Below, one piece after another: positions 40,167 through 52,659 of a DNA stretch of 64,000 nt. The stretch is from Eledone cirrhosa (lineage: Eukaryota), in NCBI GenBank assembly GCA_964016885.1, contig OZ024741.1:273110001-273174000 (forward strand). The letters run 5' to 3'. How positions within the stretch are numbered: position 1 is the stretch's first letter; the number at the start of each line of letters is the position of its first letter. A program made the translations under genes and the position numbers. Under the pieces are notes generated by a model. The model was not told the origin of the DNA. It made no database searches and was given only the letters and a program-made list of their open reading frames with translations.

Positions 40167-40352
40167 TGTCAGTGTTGAACAAAAGGTGGCTAAACACTGT
40201 ACGGCTTAATTCGGGATGTTTGTTTACAAACACACCGAGCATTATAATAAATGTTCGGTGAATCCATACGTTCATATATATATGTGTGCATGTATGTATA
40301 TATATACATACTACTGTACGTCTGTATACATATATGTATGTACGTATACATA

Positions 40353-40401
<49 letters not shown>

Positions 40402-40527
40402 ATGTATGTATATTGTCCTGGGTATGACATTAAACTTTATCCAGTGCAAGGTTCAGGAGCTCATGACCTGTGGGGACGTTATGTGGTGATGATGATGATG
40501 ATAATGATATATATATATATATATATA

Positions 40528-41730
40528 CTGAAGACTACAGTTTTAGTTTGTAGGAAGGAAAATAGGGCACCGGTCCCATCTGAGAAATGGCCATGCTCAG
40601 TGTGTAGGAAAGGAGTAGGCAGAAACTCCATTTTATGTCCCAAATGCAAAGTATGGGTGCATAAAAGATGTAGTGGGATCACAGGTAAGCTAACTAAGAA
40701 CATAGATTTTATATGTGGCCAGTGCTCTGGTGCAATAAGTAGCAGCAAGTGCCCACAATACTAGCTCATTCCATTGCACAGATGGTTCTATAGAAATAGT
40801 GGACACCTTCCGTTACCTGGGTGACTGCTCTGAAAGTACAGTAGCTAGAGTCAGAACTGGATGGAAAAAGTTCAGAGAGCTTATACCACTATTAGCCGCT
40901 AAAGGGTTCTCCCTAAAAATGAAAGGCAGGCTGTATGATGCCTGCATACGAACAGCAATGTTGCATGGCAGTGAGACCTGGGCATTGTGTGCAGAGGATA
41001 TACACAGACTGGAGAGGAATGAAGCTTGCATGCTCCGCTGGATGTGTAATAGTAAAATACGTGAACGGCAAAGCATAAACAAACTAAGGGAAAAATTAGG
41101 AATAAGAGGGATCAGATGTTGTTTACTCGAGAGAAGTCTACGTTGGTACGGTCATGTGATGCGCATGAAGGACGACAGCTGTATAAAAAAGTGCAGGGCG
41201 ATAAAAATAGACGGTAGCCATGGAGTAGGCAGACCCAGAAAAACCTGGGACGACTTGATAAATTCCGACCTCACACACTTACACCCCTCCAAGACAATGT
41301 CACTGGACCGAGATCTTTGGCGCTACACAGTAATACAGAAGACCCGCCTTGCCTAAGTACAAAGCGAAACCTAGTCAGTAGGCACCTCTAACAAAAATAC
41401 ACCCCTGTCCCACTATCCCCACACCGCCCCCTTCAATGTGAAGTTATGTTGGTACCACAACATCCAGTCCGAAACAAATGAGGTCGTGTAGGTGTCACGA
41501 CAAAAAAACACACAGTCCACGCTGTAATGTGGCTGTGTAGGTAACACGGTAAAAACCTCCCAGTCCACACTGTAAATGTGGTTGGTGTTAGGAAGGGCAT
41601 CCAGCCATAGAAAACCCACCAGACAGTCCTATACGAGCAAGACAACCAATCTTGCCTCAAGTGGGAAAACTCCCGTCCAAACCCATGCAAGCGTGGAAGA
41701 TGGACGTTAAACGATGATGATGATGATGAT
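40528..41730 (+). mobile_element. RTE LINE family B 3' fragment with full 3' UTR
   Basis: WPCSVCRKGVGRNSILCPKCKVWVHKRCSG...GWKKFRELIPLL...HGSETW...RWYGHVMRM; (ATG)n tail. Confidence 0.95.
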
Positions 41731-42479
41731 ACTGAAGTAAAAGTTACGTGGAAATATCCGAGAGTATAAGCACTCAGTCCATAGGATGAGTTTAGTATGA
41801 ATAATTACAACAGTGACATAAACAGGTACTCAAGTTTCGTTGGGTTCTGGGCCCCAATTTCTTCAACCTGTCAAGAGAAAAATGGAAAAAAAAATTATTA
41901 TTTGTGTGTATGTGTGTGTGTGTGGTTGACGGCTGAGAGAAAAGTGTACTGAATACTGAAGTATGTTTATGTGTGTAAATTTTAAAGAGTTACAGGCATA
42001 TATATATATATATATTTGTTGCTTGGATGTGTCCATAGGTGGTATGCCAGTTGAGTACTCTGGTGACAGAATTAAGGTAAGTGACAGCTCACGCCTGAAT
42101 GGAAATGGTCAGTGGGCAGATTAGAATGGTCAAAAATACAGATGACGTCTCGAACTCTTGACCAATCAACAGGCCGCACAAACAGGATGATGGCAGAAGA
42201 TAGAAATTCTAGGGATCGGAGTCCAACAGAAAGAGGATTTGCTTCGAAATCACTAGACGTATCTGAGGAACTTGCGAATCCAGAGTCAGGTTTGATCCAC
42301 AAACAGATTGCACCTCGAGCTGTTCACCGGAGAAACAATTGTAATATATAATCAATTATGTTCCGATGCATCACTGATTCTTCGTTTTCCATAGTATTAT
42401 ATATATATAAAGACACATGGTGTATTATCTTAGTTGATATTTTATGACCCGTGTTCTCTCTACTTCATGTACCTCTCAG

Positions 42480-42599
42480 CTACTTCAGTTACTAGGAAGT
42501 GTCTCAACAAAACAGAATGAGTTGAAACAAGCAGAAACATATTATCGAGAACTTCTGGACAGATTGAACAATGTGAGGACCCAGAGTCAAAAACTTCAG
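42480..42599 (+). CDS. TPR-protein gene, exon C: LLQLLGSVSTKQNELKQAETYYRELLDRLNNVRTQSQKLQ
   Basis: Acceptor CCTCTCAG|, donor CAG|GTATGA, 120 nt, phase 0/0; TPR pattern LG.V...Q.....AE.YY..L. Confidence 0.9.
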
Positions 42600-42629
42600 G
42601 TATGATTTTTTTGGATCATTCAGATGTTT

Positions 42630-44645
42630 GGCATAGCTGGGATATGTCTACGGTACATCGGGGGTTCAGAGGGAATATAACTTCGAATACCAAGGACATA
42701 GCTGAGATAATATGTCTCGGGTACATCTGGGTTATAGAGTAATATAACTTAGAATATTTAGGACATGGTTGAGATAATATGTCTCGGGTACATCTGGGTT
42801 ATAGAGGAAATATAACTTAGAATATTTAGGACATGGTTGAGATAATATGTCTCGGGTACATCAGAATATAGCTGAGATAATATGTCTCGGGTACATCTGG
42901 GTTATAGAATAATATAACTTAGAATATTTAGGACATAGCTGAGATAATATGTCTTGGGTACATCTGGGTTATAGAATAATATAACTTAGAATATTTAGGA
43001 CATAGCTGAGATAATATGTCTCGGGTACATCTGGGTTATAGAATAATATAACTTAGAATATTTAGGACATAGCTGAGATAATATGTCTTGGGTACATCTG
43101 GGTTATAGAATAATATAACTTAGAATATTTAGGACATGGTTGAGATAATATGTCTTGGGTACATCTGGGTTATAGAATAATATAACTTAGAATATTTAGG
43201 ACATAGCTGAGATAATATGTCTCGGGTACATCTGGGTTATAGAATAATATAACTTAGAATATTTAGGACATGGTTGAGATAATATGTCTTGGGTACATCT
43301 GGGTTATAGAATAATATAACTTAGAATATTTAGGACATAGCTGAGATAATATGTCTCGGGTACATCTGGGTTATAGAGGAAATATAACTTAGAATATTTA
43401 GGACATGGTTGAGATAATATGTCTCGGGTACATCTGGGTTATAGAATAATATAACTTAGAATATTTAGGACATAGCTGAGATAATATGTCTCGGGTACAT
43501 CTGGGTTATAGAATAATATAACTTAGAATATTTAGGACATAGCTGAGATAATATGTCTCGGGTACATCTGGGTTATAGAGGAAATATAACTTAGAATATT
43601 TAGGACATGGTTGAGATAATATGTCTCGGGTACATCTGGGTTATAGAATAATATAACTTAGAATATTTAGGACATAGCTGAGATAATATGTCTCGGGTAC
43701 ATCTGGGTTATAGAATAATATAACTTAGAATATTTAGGACATAGCTGAGATAATATGTCTCGGGTACATCTGGGTTATAGAATAATATAACTTAGAATAT
43801 TTAGGACATAGCTGAGATAATATGTCTCGGGTACATCTGGGTTATAGAATAATATAACTTAGAATATTTAGGACATAGCTGAGATAATATGTCTCGGGTA
43901 CATCTGGGTTATAGAGGAAATATAACTTAGAATATTTAGGACATGGTTGAGATAATATGTCTCGGGTACATCTGGGTTATAGAATAATATAACTTAGAAT
44001 ATTTAGGACATAGCTGAGATAATATGTCTCGGGTACATCTGGGTTATAGAATAATATAACTTAGAATATTTAGGACATAGCTGAGATAATATGTCTCGGG
44101 TACATCTGGGTTATAGAATAATATAACTTAGAATATTTAGGACATAGCTGAGATAATATGTCTCGGGTACATCTGGGTTATAGAATAATATAACTTAGAA
44201 TATTTAGGACATAGCTGAGATAATATGTCTCGGGTACATCTGGGTTATAGAATAATATAACTTAGAATATTTAGGACATAGCTGAGATAATATGTCTCGG
44301 GTACATCTGGGTTATAGAGGAAATATAACTTAGAATATTTAGGACATGGTTGAGATAATATGTCTCGGGTACATCTGGGTTATAGAATAATATAACTTAG
44401 AATATCTAGGTCATGGTTGGGATAATATGTCTTGGGTACATCTGGGGTAAAGGGTGGGGAGTGAAAATACTCAGGACATGTCTGGGGTACATCTAGGTTG
44501 AGGGGGGGGGGGGGCAGTAACTAAGAATTCCTAGGACATGGCTGGGATAATATGTCTCGGTTACATCTGGTCTATAGAAGGGGGTTATAACAGAATACCC
44601 AGGAGATAACTGGGATAATATCTCTAGGATATAGAGGGGACAATA
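42630..44645. repeat. 67-bp tandem repeat, ~26 well-conserved copies with degenerate ends
   Basis: Unit GCTGAGATAATATGTCTCGGGTACATCTGGGTTATAGAATAATATAACTTAGAATATTTAGGACATA (e.g. 42871, 42938). Confidence 0.97.
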
Positions 44646-44651
44646 ACTAAG

Positions 44652-44765
44652 TTTAAGGTTAGGTTTAGGTTTAGATTTAGGGTTAAGTTTAGGGCTAAGT
44701 TTAGAAATAGATTTAGGGTTTGGGCTTTGATCAGTGTTAGGATTAGGGTTAAGGATAAGATTAAT
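44652..44765 (+). repeat. Degenerate (TTAGGG)n-like hexamer tract
   Basis: TTAAGG TTAGGT TTAGGT TTAGAT TTAGGG TTAAGT TTAGGG ... TTAGGA TTAGGG TTAAGG. Confidence 0.8.
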
Positions 44766-44826
44766 ATCAAGGTTATTTTCAGTGTTCAATAAACAATAAG
44801 GATTAAGATATTGATTTCTGTTTCAG

Positions 44827-44973
44827 GTGTGTGAAGGGTCGCTGGGGTTGGCAACAGTGTTTCAGATGAAGAACAACATGAATGAATCTAAGAAATTATT
44901 GCTTCGGTCTTTAGAATTGGCAGCTGAAGTGTTTGGACACAAACATCACTATGTGGCTACCATAATTAACAAG
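44827..44973 (+). CDS. TPR-protein gene, exon D: VCEGSLGLATVFQMKNNMNESKKLLLRSLELAAEVFGHKHHYVATIINK
   Basis: Acceptor TTTCTGTTTCAG|, donor AAG|GTAAAT, 147 nt, phase 0/0; KLC-type TPR linker FG.KH..VA..IN.LG. Confidence 0.93.
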
Positions 44974-45073
44974 GTAAATCACTCCCACCACCACCACTAC
45001 TACTCTCACCGCCATCACCACCACAACCATTGCTGCCGCCGCTGCCACCACCACAATAATAATAATAATAATG

Positions 45074-46425
45074 ATTTCTACTATAGGCACAAGGCCAGCA
45101 ATTTGGGGAAAGGGGAAAGTCGATTAAATCGACCCCAGTGCGTGACTGGTACTTTATTTTAATGACTCCATGGGATTTGAACTCAGGACAAATCTATATG
45201 TCACAAAGTATGTTGTGTGAGGCTCTACCAATTGCTGCTAATCCACCATCCTTAATTATTTCTACAATTGGCACAAGACCAGCAATTTGAAAGGAAGGGG
45301 AAAGTTAATTAAATCAACTCCAGTGCATTACTGGTACTTTATTTTATTGGCCTCCGTAAAGATGAAAGGCAAAGCTAAGCTCAGCTTGTTGCAATAGTAA
45401 TTATCGTTTCTGATTTAGGCTGAAGGCCAACAATTTTTGGGGAGTGGAAAGTCGATTAAATTGACCCCAGTGCATTACTGGGATTTCAACTCAGGATGTA
45501 AAGAGCAGGAATAAATGCAACAAAGGTATTTTATCCAACATCAAATTTGCCAGTTTACGACACTTACCAATAATTATTTCTGATTTAGGCACAAGGCCTA
45601 AAAAAGCTAACCTTGGCTTGATTTGAACTCAGAACAATAATTTCTGAATTAGGCACAAGGTCAACAATTTGGGGGAGAGGGAAAGTTGATTAAACGACCC
45701 CAGTGTGTTACTGGTACTTTATTTTATCAACCCCGTAATGAAGAAAGGCAAAGTTAACCGTAGCAGTATAATAATAATAATAGTTTTTTCTGATTTAGGC
45801 ACAAGGCCAGCAATTTGGGGGAGGGAAAAGTCAATTAAATCAACCCAGTGTATTTCTGGTGCCTTATTTTATTGACTCTATAAGGATCTAAGGCAAAGCT
45901 AACCTCTTTGAAATTTGAACTCAGAACGTAAAGGGCCAGAACTCTATGTTGCAAAGCATGGCGTCGGACCCTCTACCGATACTGCAAATCTACTGCCCTT
46001 AATAATAATAATTATTATTATTTCTACTTTAGGCACAAGGCTAGCAATTTGAAGGGGAGGGGAAAGTCGATTAAATTGACCCCAGTACATTACTGGTGCT
46101 TTATTTAGCAACCCTGTAAGGATGAAAGGCAAAGCTAACCGCAGCAGGATTTGAACTCAAAACATAAAGGGCCGTAACTCTATGCCACGAAGTATGTTGT
46201 TCGACGCTCTACTGATACTGCCAATCCACCACCCTAATAATTGTTTCTACTTTAGGCACAAGGCTAGCAATTACCCAGTGCATTACTGGTATTTTATTTT
46301 ATCGACCCCGTAAGGATGAAAGGCAAAGTTAACCTCAGCGGGATTTGAACTCAGAATGGCAAGGGCCGTAACTCTATACGTCAAAGCATGGCATCCAACC
46401 CTCTACTGATACTGCCAATCCACCA
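45074..46425 (-). mobile_element. Cluster of ~8-9 co-oriented SINE family 1 copies, full and truncated
   Basis: Repeated TTTCT..TTTAGGCACAAGG starts near 45075, 45259, 45407, 45577, 45641, 45787, 46021 and 46244. Confidence 0.92.
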
Positions 46426-46466
46426 AGTCAACATGGAGTAATGGAGATACTTTTCTTCTATTTCAG

Positions 46467-46708
46467 CTGGGTCAACTTTGTTTCCAGCAGGGTCGCCTAG
46501 ATGAGGCTCTTTGTTATTTCCTCCAAGACTTCAAACTGACCCGTAATGATGCTGGCTGGAATTATCCTCGACTGGCTGGAATCCTAAATGATATTGCATT
46601 GGTCTATGATGAGAAGAATCTTGAAGAGACGACAAAACTGTACGAGTGTGCTTTAGCCATCATGTTGAACGTGTATGGGACAGGACATGTGGACACAGCA
46701 ATGATAAG
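46467..46708 (+). CDS. TPR-protein gene, exon E: LGQLCFQQGRLDEALCYFLQDFKLTRNDAGWNYPRLAGILNDIALVYDEKNLEETTKLYECALAIMLNVYGTGHVDTAMI(R)
   Basis: Acceptor TTTTCTTCTATTTCAG|, donor AG|GTGAAT, 242 nt open, phase 0 in and phase 2 out; two TPR units. Confidence 0.94.
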
Positions 46709-46904
46709 GTGAATTGTTTGATGATTTCATATGGTATTTGATTGGAGAGCCTGATATTAATGTTGATGTTGTTGTTACTGCTGCTGCTGTTGTTTTAGTT
46801 GTTACAACTGCTGCTGCTGTTGTTGTAGGTTGATACTAGGTCAAACCCTGAGCAAATAGGCCTACAATAAGAAGTTTTCTAGTTTTGACTATCTAAATTT
46901 TTTC

Positions 46905-47480
46905 CACTCTGTAAAGTGGTCCTTTTAGTGCCACAACAAAAGGCACTCAGTCCACACTGTAAAAGTGGTTGTGTAGGTTTCACGACAAAAAGCATCTAGT
47001 CCACACTGTAAAGTGCTCATGTAGGTTTCAAGACAAAAAGTGCCCAGTCCACACTGTAAAGTGTTCATGTAGGTTTCAGGACAAAAAGCACCTGGCCCTC
47101 ACTGTAAAGTGGTCATGTTAGCGCACATCAAAAAGTGCTCAGTTCACACTGTAAAGTGGTCGTGTAGGTTTCAAGACAAAAAGTACCCATTCCATATTTT
47201 GAAGTGGTCATGTAGGTTTCACGACAAAAAGCACCAAGTCCATACTGTAAAGTGATTGTATAGGTTTCACGACAAAAAGCACCCAGTCCACACTTTAAAG
47301 TGGTCGTATAGGTTTCACGACAAAAAATGCCCGGTCCACACTGTAAAGTTGTCATACAGGTTTCACGACAAAAAATGCCGTCCACACTGTAAAGGGCTCA
47401 TGTTAGGGATACAACAGAAAGCATCCAATCCACACTGTAAATTTGTGTAGGTTTCACGACAAAAAATGCCCAGTCCAGAA
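46905..47480. repeat. ~42-bp minisatellite (GTCCACACTGTAAAGTGGTCGTGTAGGTTTCACGACAAAAAGCACCCA), ~13 copies
   Basis: Tandem units; sequence resembles the RTE family B 3' UTR (41483-41580). Confidence 0.92.
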
Positions 47481-48730
47481 TACCCCCCCCCCCATTTTAC
47501 ATATCAAAGTTAGCTTGGCACAAGTAATTGGAATTGAAAAGTTATACATACAGGTATTAAATTAAAAAAATTCTAACCATCCTAAAAATTAAAAAGCCCA
47601 GCTGAGAGCACAAACAAATTGCTACGATCGTCACTGGTGGGGAGTGGGGCAATTGCCCCCATTGGCTCCCATTTAATACGGCCCTGTGCCCATGACTGAT
47701 TTAGAACTTAGTTATAGTATGTATTGCATGGTGCAGTTGTTGGAATTAGTAGATACAGCTGTTGTTTAACCCTAGGATAATCCTGATCAAGCAGACCTAT
47801 AATCAAAGCCGTTCCACTTATGGCTATCCCGTCTTTTATTCAGCTATAGAGTATAAAAGAATCGATTGACTTTCGTCAAATCCAATTCTCTAACCACTCA
47901 GCTACACGCCTTCACTATAGAGTATTTAGATATATATTTTCTAATGTATAATATACTATTTAATATTAGGGGTTATAGTTGTTGCTTAGCATTGGGTTAG
48001 TCCTGATTCAGTAAACCTACGATCGAAGATGTTCCAGCTGTGACTTTGCCATCTTTTATCCAGATATATTGTGATTACGGCTACACAAGCTAATGTGTTC
48101 TTTTTTTTTGAAACAGTAGAGAGTGTCTTAATGGAGATTGGACTGGTGTTTCTGACAGGCAGGGCGGCTATACGGAACTTTACCATTAGCTCTCTGAAGA
48201 AAGGTAGTGGAAATACAGGAAAAGGATATAACGTATGTGCTTTTAACTGGTAGAAATAGCATTTTTCAACGAACAAATTTTGTTCTGTTAAAGAGAAACT
48301 AAAAACTAATGGCTGGCCGAAAGATAAAGAAATAAAGAGAGACAGATTAATGGAGAGAAACACACACACACATATATATATATATATATTTACATACACA
48401 CATATATATATATATATTTTATATAAACATACACATATATATATATATATTTATATATATATATATAAAATCACGTACCATGACTGTTCCTGAGTGAAGG
48501 AAACAAAGGAGAGAAAGCAGTAACTTCTTTTTAGATAGCTTAAGGGATCGACAGACTGCTGGCCTCTGATTGGCTGAAATAACACTTGATAAAACAAGGA
48601 AGCACTAAATTATCGCCTGTTGTCTGGTAACATATAATTGTTTCTACTTTAGGCACAAGGCCAGCAAATTAAGCAGTGCATTACTGGTACTTTATTTTAT
48701 CGACTCCGTAAGGATGAAAGGCAAAGTTAA

Positions 48731-49163
48731 CAATAATAATGCTTTCTTTATTAACCACAAGGGTTTACACAAAGTAGACATTAAGGACAGTACAGGACAA
48801 TACAGGACGGTACAAATGGGTATTTCTGCGTGTAAAAAAAACAAAAACAGAGTATGTGACAAAAAAAAAAACAACAATGAAATATTCCTCAATAGGGGGG
48901 AGACTTCCGAGAGTCGCTCGTAGAGAAAGCCCACAAAAAAGCCACGGTTACCCTAACCGCTAGGGCAAGTGCCCTCTTCCAGTTTTCCTCCTACAATGCT
49001 ATAGGCACTCGCTCAGGGTAGACCCATTCACTCGGGCCATTCTTGCCTCTCTCACCCACCTTTCAACAAACTGGCTGGAAGGCAGCACTTCCCTCTCCAC
49101 CTTGATTTTCCTTTTCAGGTGAAACCTGACAAAGTTAATGAGGGCGTCACCGAAGAGGAAAGT
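48731..49163 (-). mobile_element. LINE 3' end (L1/Tx1-like), lying between SINE pieces (48638-48730, 49178-49362)
   Basis: Minus strand: FLFGDALINFVRFHLKRKIKVEREVLPSSQFVERWVREARMARVNG.., then a 3' UTR ending AATAAAGAAAGC(ATT)n. Clade assignment is tentative. Confidence 0.6.
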
Positions 49164-49379
49164 ATAATAATAATAATTGTTTCTACATTTGGCACAAGGC
49201 CAGCAATTACTCAGTGCATTACTGGTACTTTATTTATCGACTCCGTAAGGATGAAAGGTAAAGTTAACCTCGACGGGATTTGAACTCAGACCGTAAAGGG
49301 GCGCAACTATGCTAGAAAGCATGGCGTCCAACCCTCTACCGATACTGCCAATTCACCGCCCTGTATAATAATAATAATA

Positions 49380-49937
49380 ATGAAATTATTGTGTACAGTG
49401 CTCAGGTGCACTACAACACATCAAAGGTGAATGTATAGTACATAGAATAATATACAAATGTCAGGGAAGTGAATAGTGTATGAGTCATGATATACATGTG
49501 TGCGTGTGTATGGAGGGGGAATATTAGGTGTAGTATTGGCGAATCTCAGGAAGCATGGAGGTTTTAAAGGGTGCAGTGTCTCGACAGCTAATAACTGATG
49601 CAGGTAGTTTGTTCCATGCTTCAGCAACTTTCCGAAAGTCATGGGAGCTGTACTGTTTTCTGACGTTGTTGGCATGCCCACGTGTGTTAGACACATGGAA
49701 ATCAAAAAGGTACTCAGGGTTGTTGTTGGCAAGATGGTTAATAATTTTGTGGGTATTTACAAAGTCAGTTGCCAGATGTCGGAGTTTCAATGTATCTATG
49801 CCCAGGGAAGCAAGGCGTTCAGAGTATGGTAGATGCCTGATGGAGGGTATTTGCTTGGTTGCACATCTCTGAACAGTTTCTAAGCGGTCAATGTTCTGAG
49901 CAAGATAGGGGTTACACACTGGTAACGTAAATTCTAA
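49380..49937 (-). mobile_element. CR1/L2-group LINE 3' fragment
   Basis: NPYLAQNIDRLETVQRCATKQIPSIRHLPYSERLASLGIDTLKLR...NTRGH...WNKLP. Confidence 0.9.
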
Positions 49938-50112
49938 ACATGAATGAGTTTGTTAAACATCACTGATATAAAACTTATTTAAATTTATAGGTATTTGACA
50001 TTTTAAACTTTCTTAAATTATTTAGACATAGTCTAAAAGAATGTTTGGATTTGGATATGAGAATTACATTCTTTGTTTTTTTAAATATGAGTGAAAGTGA
50101 CGTCCGAACGAC

Positions 50113-50305
50113 TATCCTCTACTACCAACTGACTTACCCTCCACCTCTGGGTCCTGGCCGACAGGATAGAGAATACACTGAGGACGGCGAAGGAGACGCG
50201 CTGGAAATCCTCTACTACTAACTGATTTACTCTCCACCTCTGGATCCTGGCCGACAGGATAGAGAATACACTGTCCCGGAGGACGGCGAGGGAGACGCGC
50301 TGGAA
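50113..50305. repeat. GC-rich two-copy tandem duplication (~93-99 bp)
   Basis: ATCCTCTACTAC..ACTGA.TTAC.CTCCACCTCTGG.TCCTGGCCGACAGGATAGAGAATACACTG...GAGACGCGCTGGAA occurs twice. Confidence 0.9.
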
Positions 50306-52659
50306 CAGACACTCCACATCGTCACGCTCGCACCAACGAGCGGCCAAAATACCCTTTAATAACGAGTATGTGTATCCCGTACAAAACAGGCACACTGTAT
50401 TCCTGCGTGCCATAAAGGGCTACTAAAAAGGTTGGTGTCATGACGGGTATTCAGCAGTAAAACATTACCTCAAAAAGGACCTCAAATCATGGAATCTGCA
50501 TGACTAATCCCTGATTAATATTGTTTTCTAATTTAGGCACAAGGCCAACAATTAGTGGGGAGGGGAAAGTCGATTACATCGACCCCAATAGATGACTGGT
50601 GCTTTATTTTATCTACCCCGGAAGGATGAAAGGCAAAGTTAATCTCGATGTTGCAAAATAGTTTGTCGAGCACTCTACTGATTCTGGCAACCCAGCACAT
50701 GATGGGTTAATATCGAAAACAATGTGATATTGAATCAGTGTCTATGTAGGATTCACCAAATTTCGAGTTGCAAGTCCATGATTGTCAATTATGTTTTGAT
50801 GAAATGGCTGAGAAAACGAATGCATCAGTTTTTCTAAAACAGTTATTTCGTCAAATATTGGATTTGAAACTTTATTAAAATCTTTGGTTAATTCGTGGAA
50901 AACTTCGAAAATCATGTCAAATTGATGTGAAATATAAAATGTGTGTGCATGAAGTTGTTCGCATGAAAGACAGACAGGCTAATAATGTGAGTAAAGAATT
51001 TCGAGAGAGCTAAAGATGATAAATGTGACAGGCTACCCAGTCAACTTACCTGGATGGCAGTGGTCGATTTGGTCATATCGGACACAGCCAAACTGCTACT
51101 ATCGATGTCTGTGGTCAAATGGAAAAAAAAAACACGGGATCTGGCAGTATTGACTTTTATACCAGAAACAGATTTCCCGTTGATCTTGCTCATTTTGTAC
51201 CTGAATTAACGAATATCAAATATACCAATGCGAAGGCGGCTCTCTGAGTTCAAATCCCGCCGAGGTCAACTTTACTTTTCATCCATTCAAGGTCGATAAA
51301 AAAGTACCAGTCTAGTACTGAATCATCCTATATAACTCTTTCTCACTTCCATTCTCTCACTCTTTATGCTTCTCTGGTTTTAAAAATGCCCTAGAAACGC
51401 CGTATGACAAACGGCACCCCTACATCTCATGCCCCGGGACCATGTATGCAATATATCAGTGCATATAAGTAAAGACCCCCTTCGGTCACGAATGATCATG
51501 GAAATTGTACCTGGAAAGTTCTCTTCCAAGGCACAAGTCAGGGCAAGATTGTTTGTGGAAGACCAGCAAGCAGTCACCCAAACATACCAGACTCTTCTCT
51601 CTCCACGCCACCAAGGGAAAGTCAAAGGGCATCAATGATATCGCAACTCATTTCTACAGCTGACACAACGTATCACCCGGTCCGAGAATCGAACTCACAA
51701 CCTCACGATTGCAAGTCCAACGCTCTAGCCACAAAGCCATGCGCCCTCATACAATATATATATTTTCATATTTATTTTCATACAATATACAAATAACCGT
51801 ATTTACTTACAATAAAACCGTTGCTAATAATTGTTTCTACTTTTGGCACAAGGCCAGCAATTATCCCAGTGTATTACTGGTACTTTGTTTTATCGACCCC
51901 GTAAGGAAAAGGCAAAGCTAACCTTGTAATTGTTGGTCAACCATATAATTGTTGGTCTGTTTCGTCCATTCATTCATACGTCACGCTTTAGTTACACACA
52001 CACACATCTACACATAAATACATAAACAGATACACAGACAACAGACGTGCACACACACACATCTACTCATACATATTCATAAATAGACACATTATACCAA
52101 ATAATTATTACATGCACACACATCTATGTAATCATCGAGGAAGGGACTGTTGAAACGCTATAGCCATGAGTGTTGCTAGATTAGCTAACATTTGTGTGAG
52201 TGTATATGTGTGTTTGTGCGAGTGTGTGTGTGTGTGTATGTGCTTTTATATTTATATACTCATACATATAAATGTATACACATGCATATACACATACACA
52301 CACACAATTGTAATGGCTTAGTGGTTAGCTAGTTAGATTCACAATCGTGAGGTTGCGAGTTCAATTCTCGGACCAGGTGATGCGTTGTGTCCTTGAGCAA
52401 GGCATTTTATTTCATGCTGCTCCTTCTGCCAGGAGTTGTGACCGGTTGATAGTATCAGAAATGGAAAGACCAATGGAAGCATTGTCTCTTTGGTTCGATT
52501 TGACGTGGTCCACCCCCACACGACAAGCAAATGGGGTATGGGATCTTGTCGATCGATCAGAGTGAGGAAATGAATGAAGAAGAGAGACATTTTTATAGCG
52601 AGGTAGACTAAGACAACAGGAGAGAAGAGATAATATACAGCTAGATGAATGTCTCTTAA

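Larger units (their letters stand above)
39422..40360. mobile_element. Hammerhead-bearing non-autonomous element (Penelope-like pLTR / retrozyme-like): ~414-bp unit in partial tandem (39820-40360, +) preceded by an inverted copy (39422-39797, -)
   Basis: ACCGAGCATTATAATAAATG recurs at 39820 and 40234. 39422-39612 is the reverse complement of 39820-39994, and 39612-39797 is the reverse complement of 40059-40234. Each orientation carries one hammerhead core. Confidence 0.8.

Noticed and set aside
42255-42290. CTGAGGA...CGAAT hammerhead-like core
   Set aside because: GAAT instead of GAAA, and no helix II or helix I pairing.
44652-44765. True telomere or chromosome fusion site
   Set aside because: Short, highly degenerate, single orientation and intronic.
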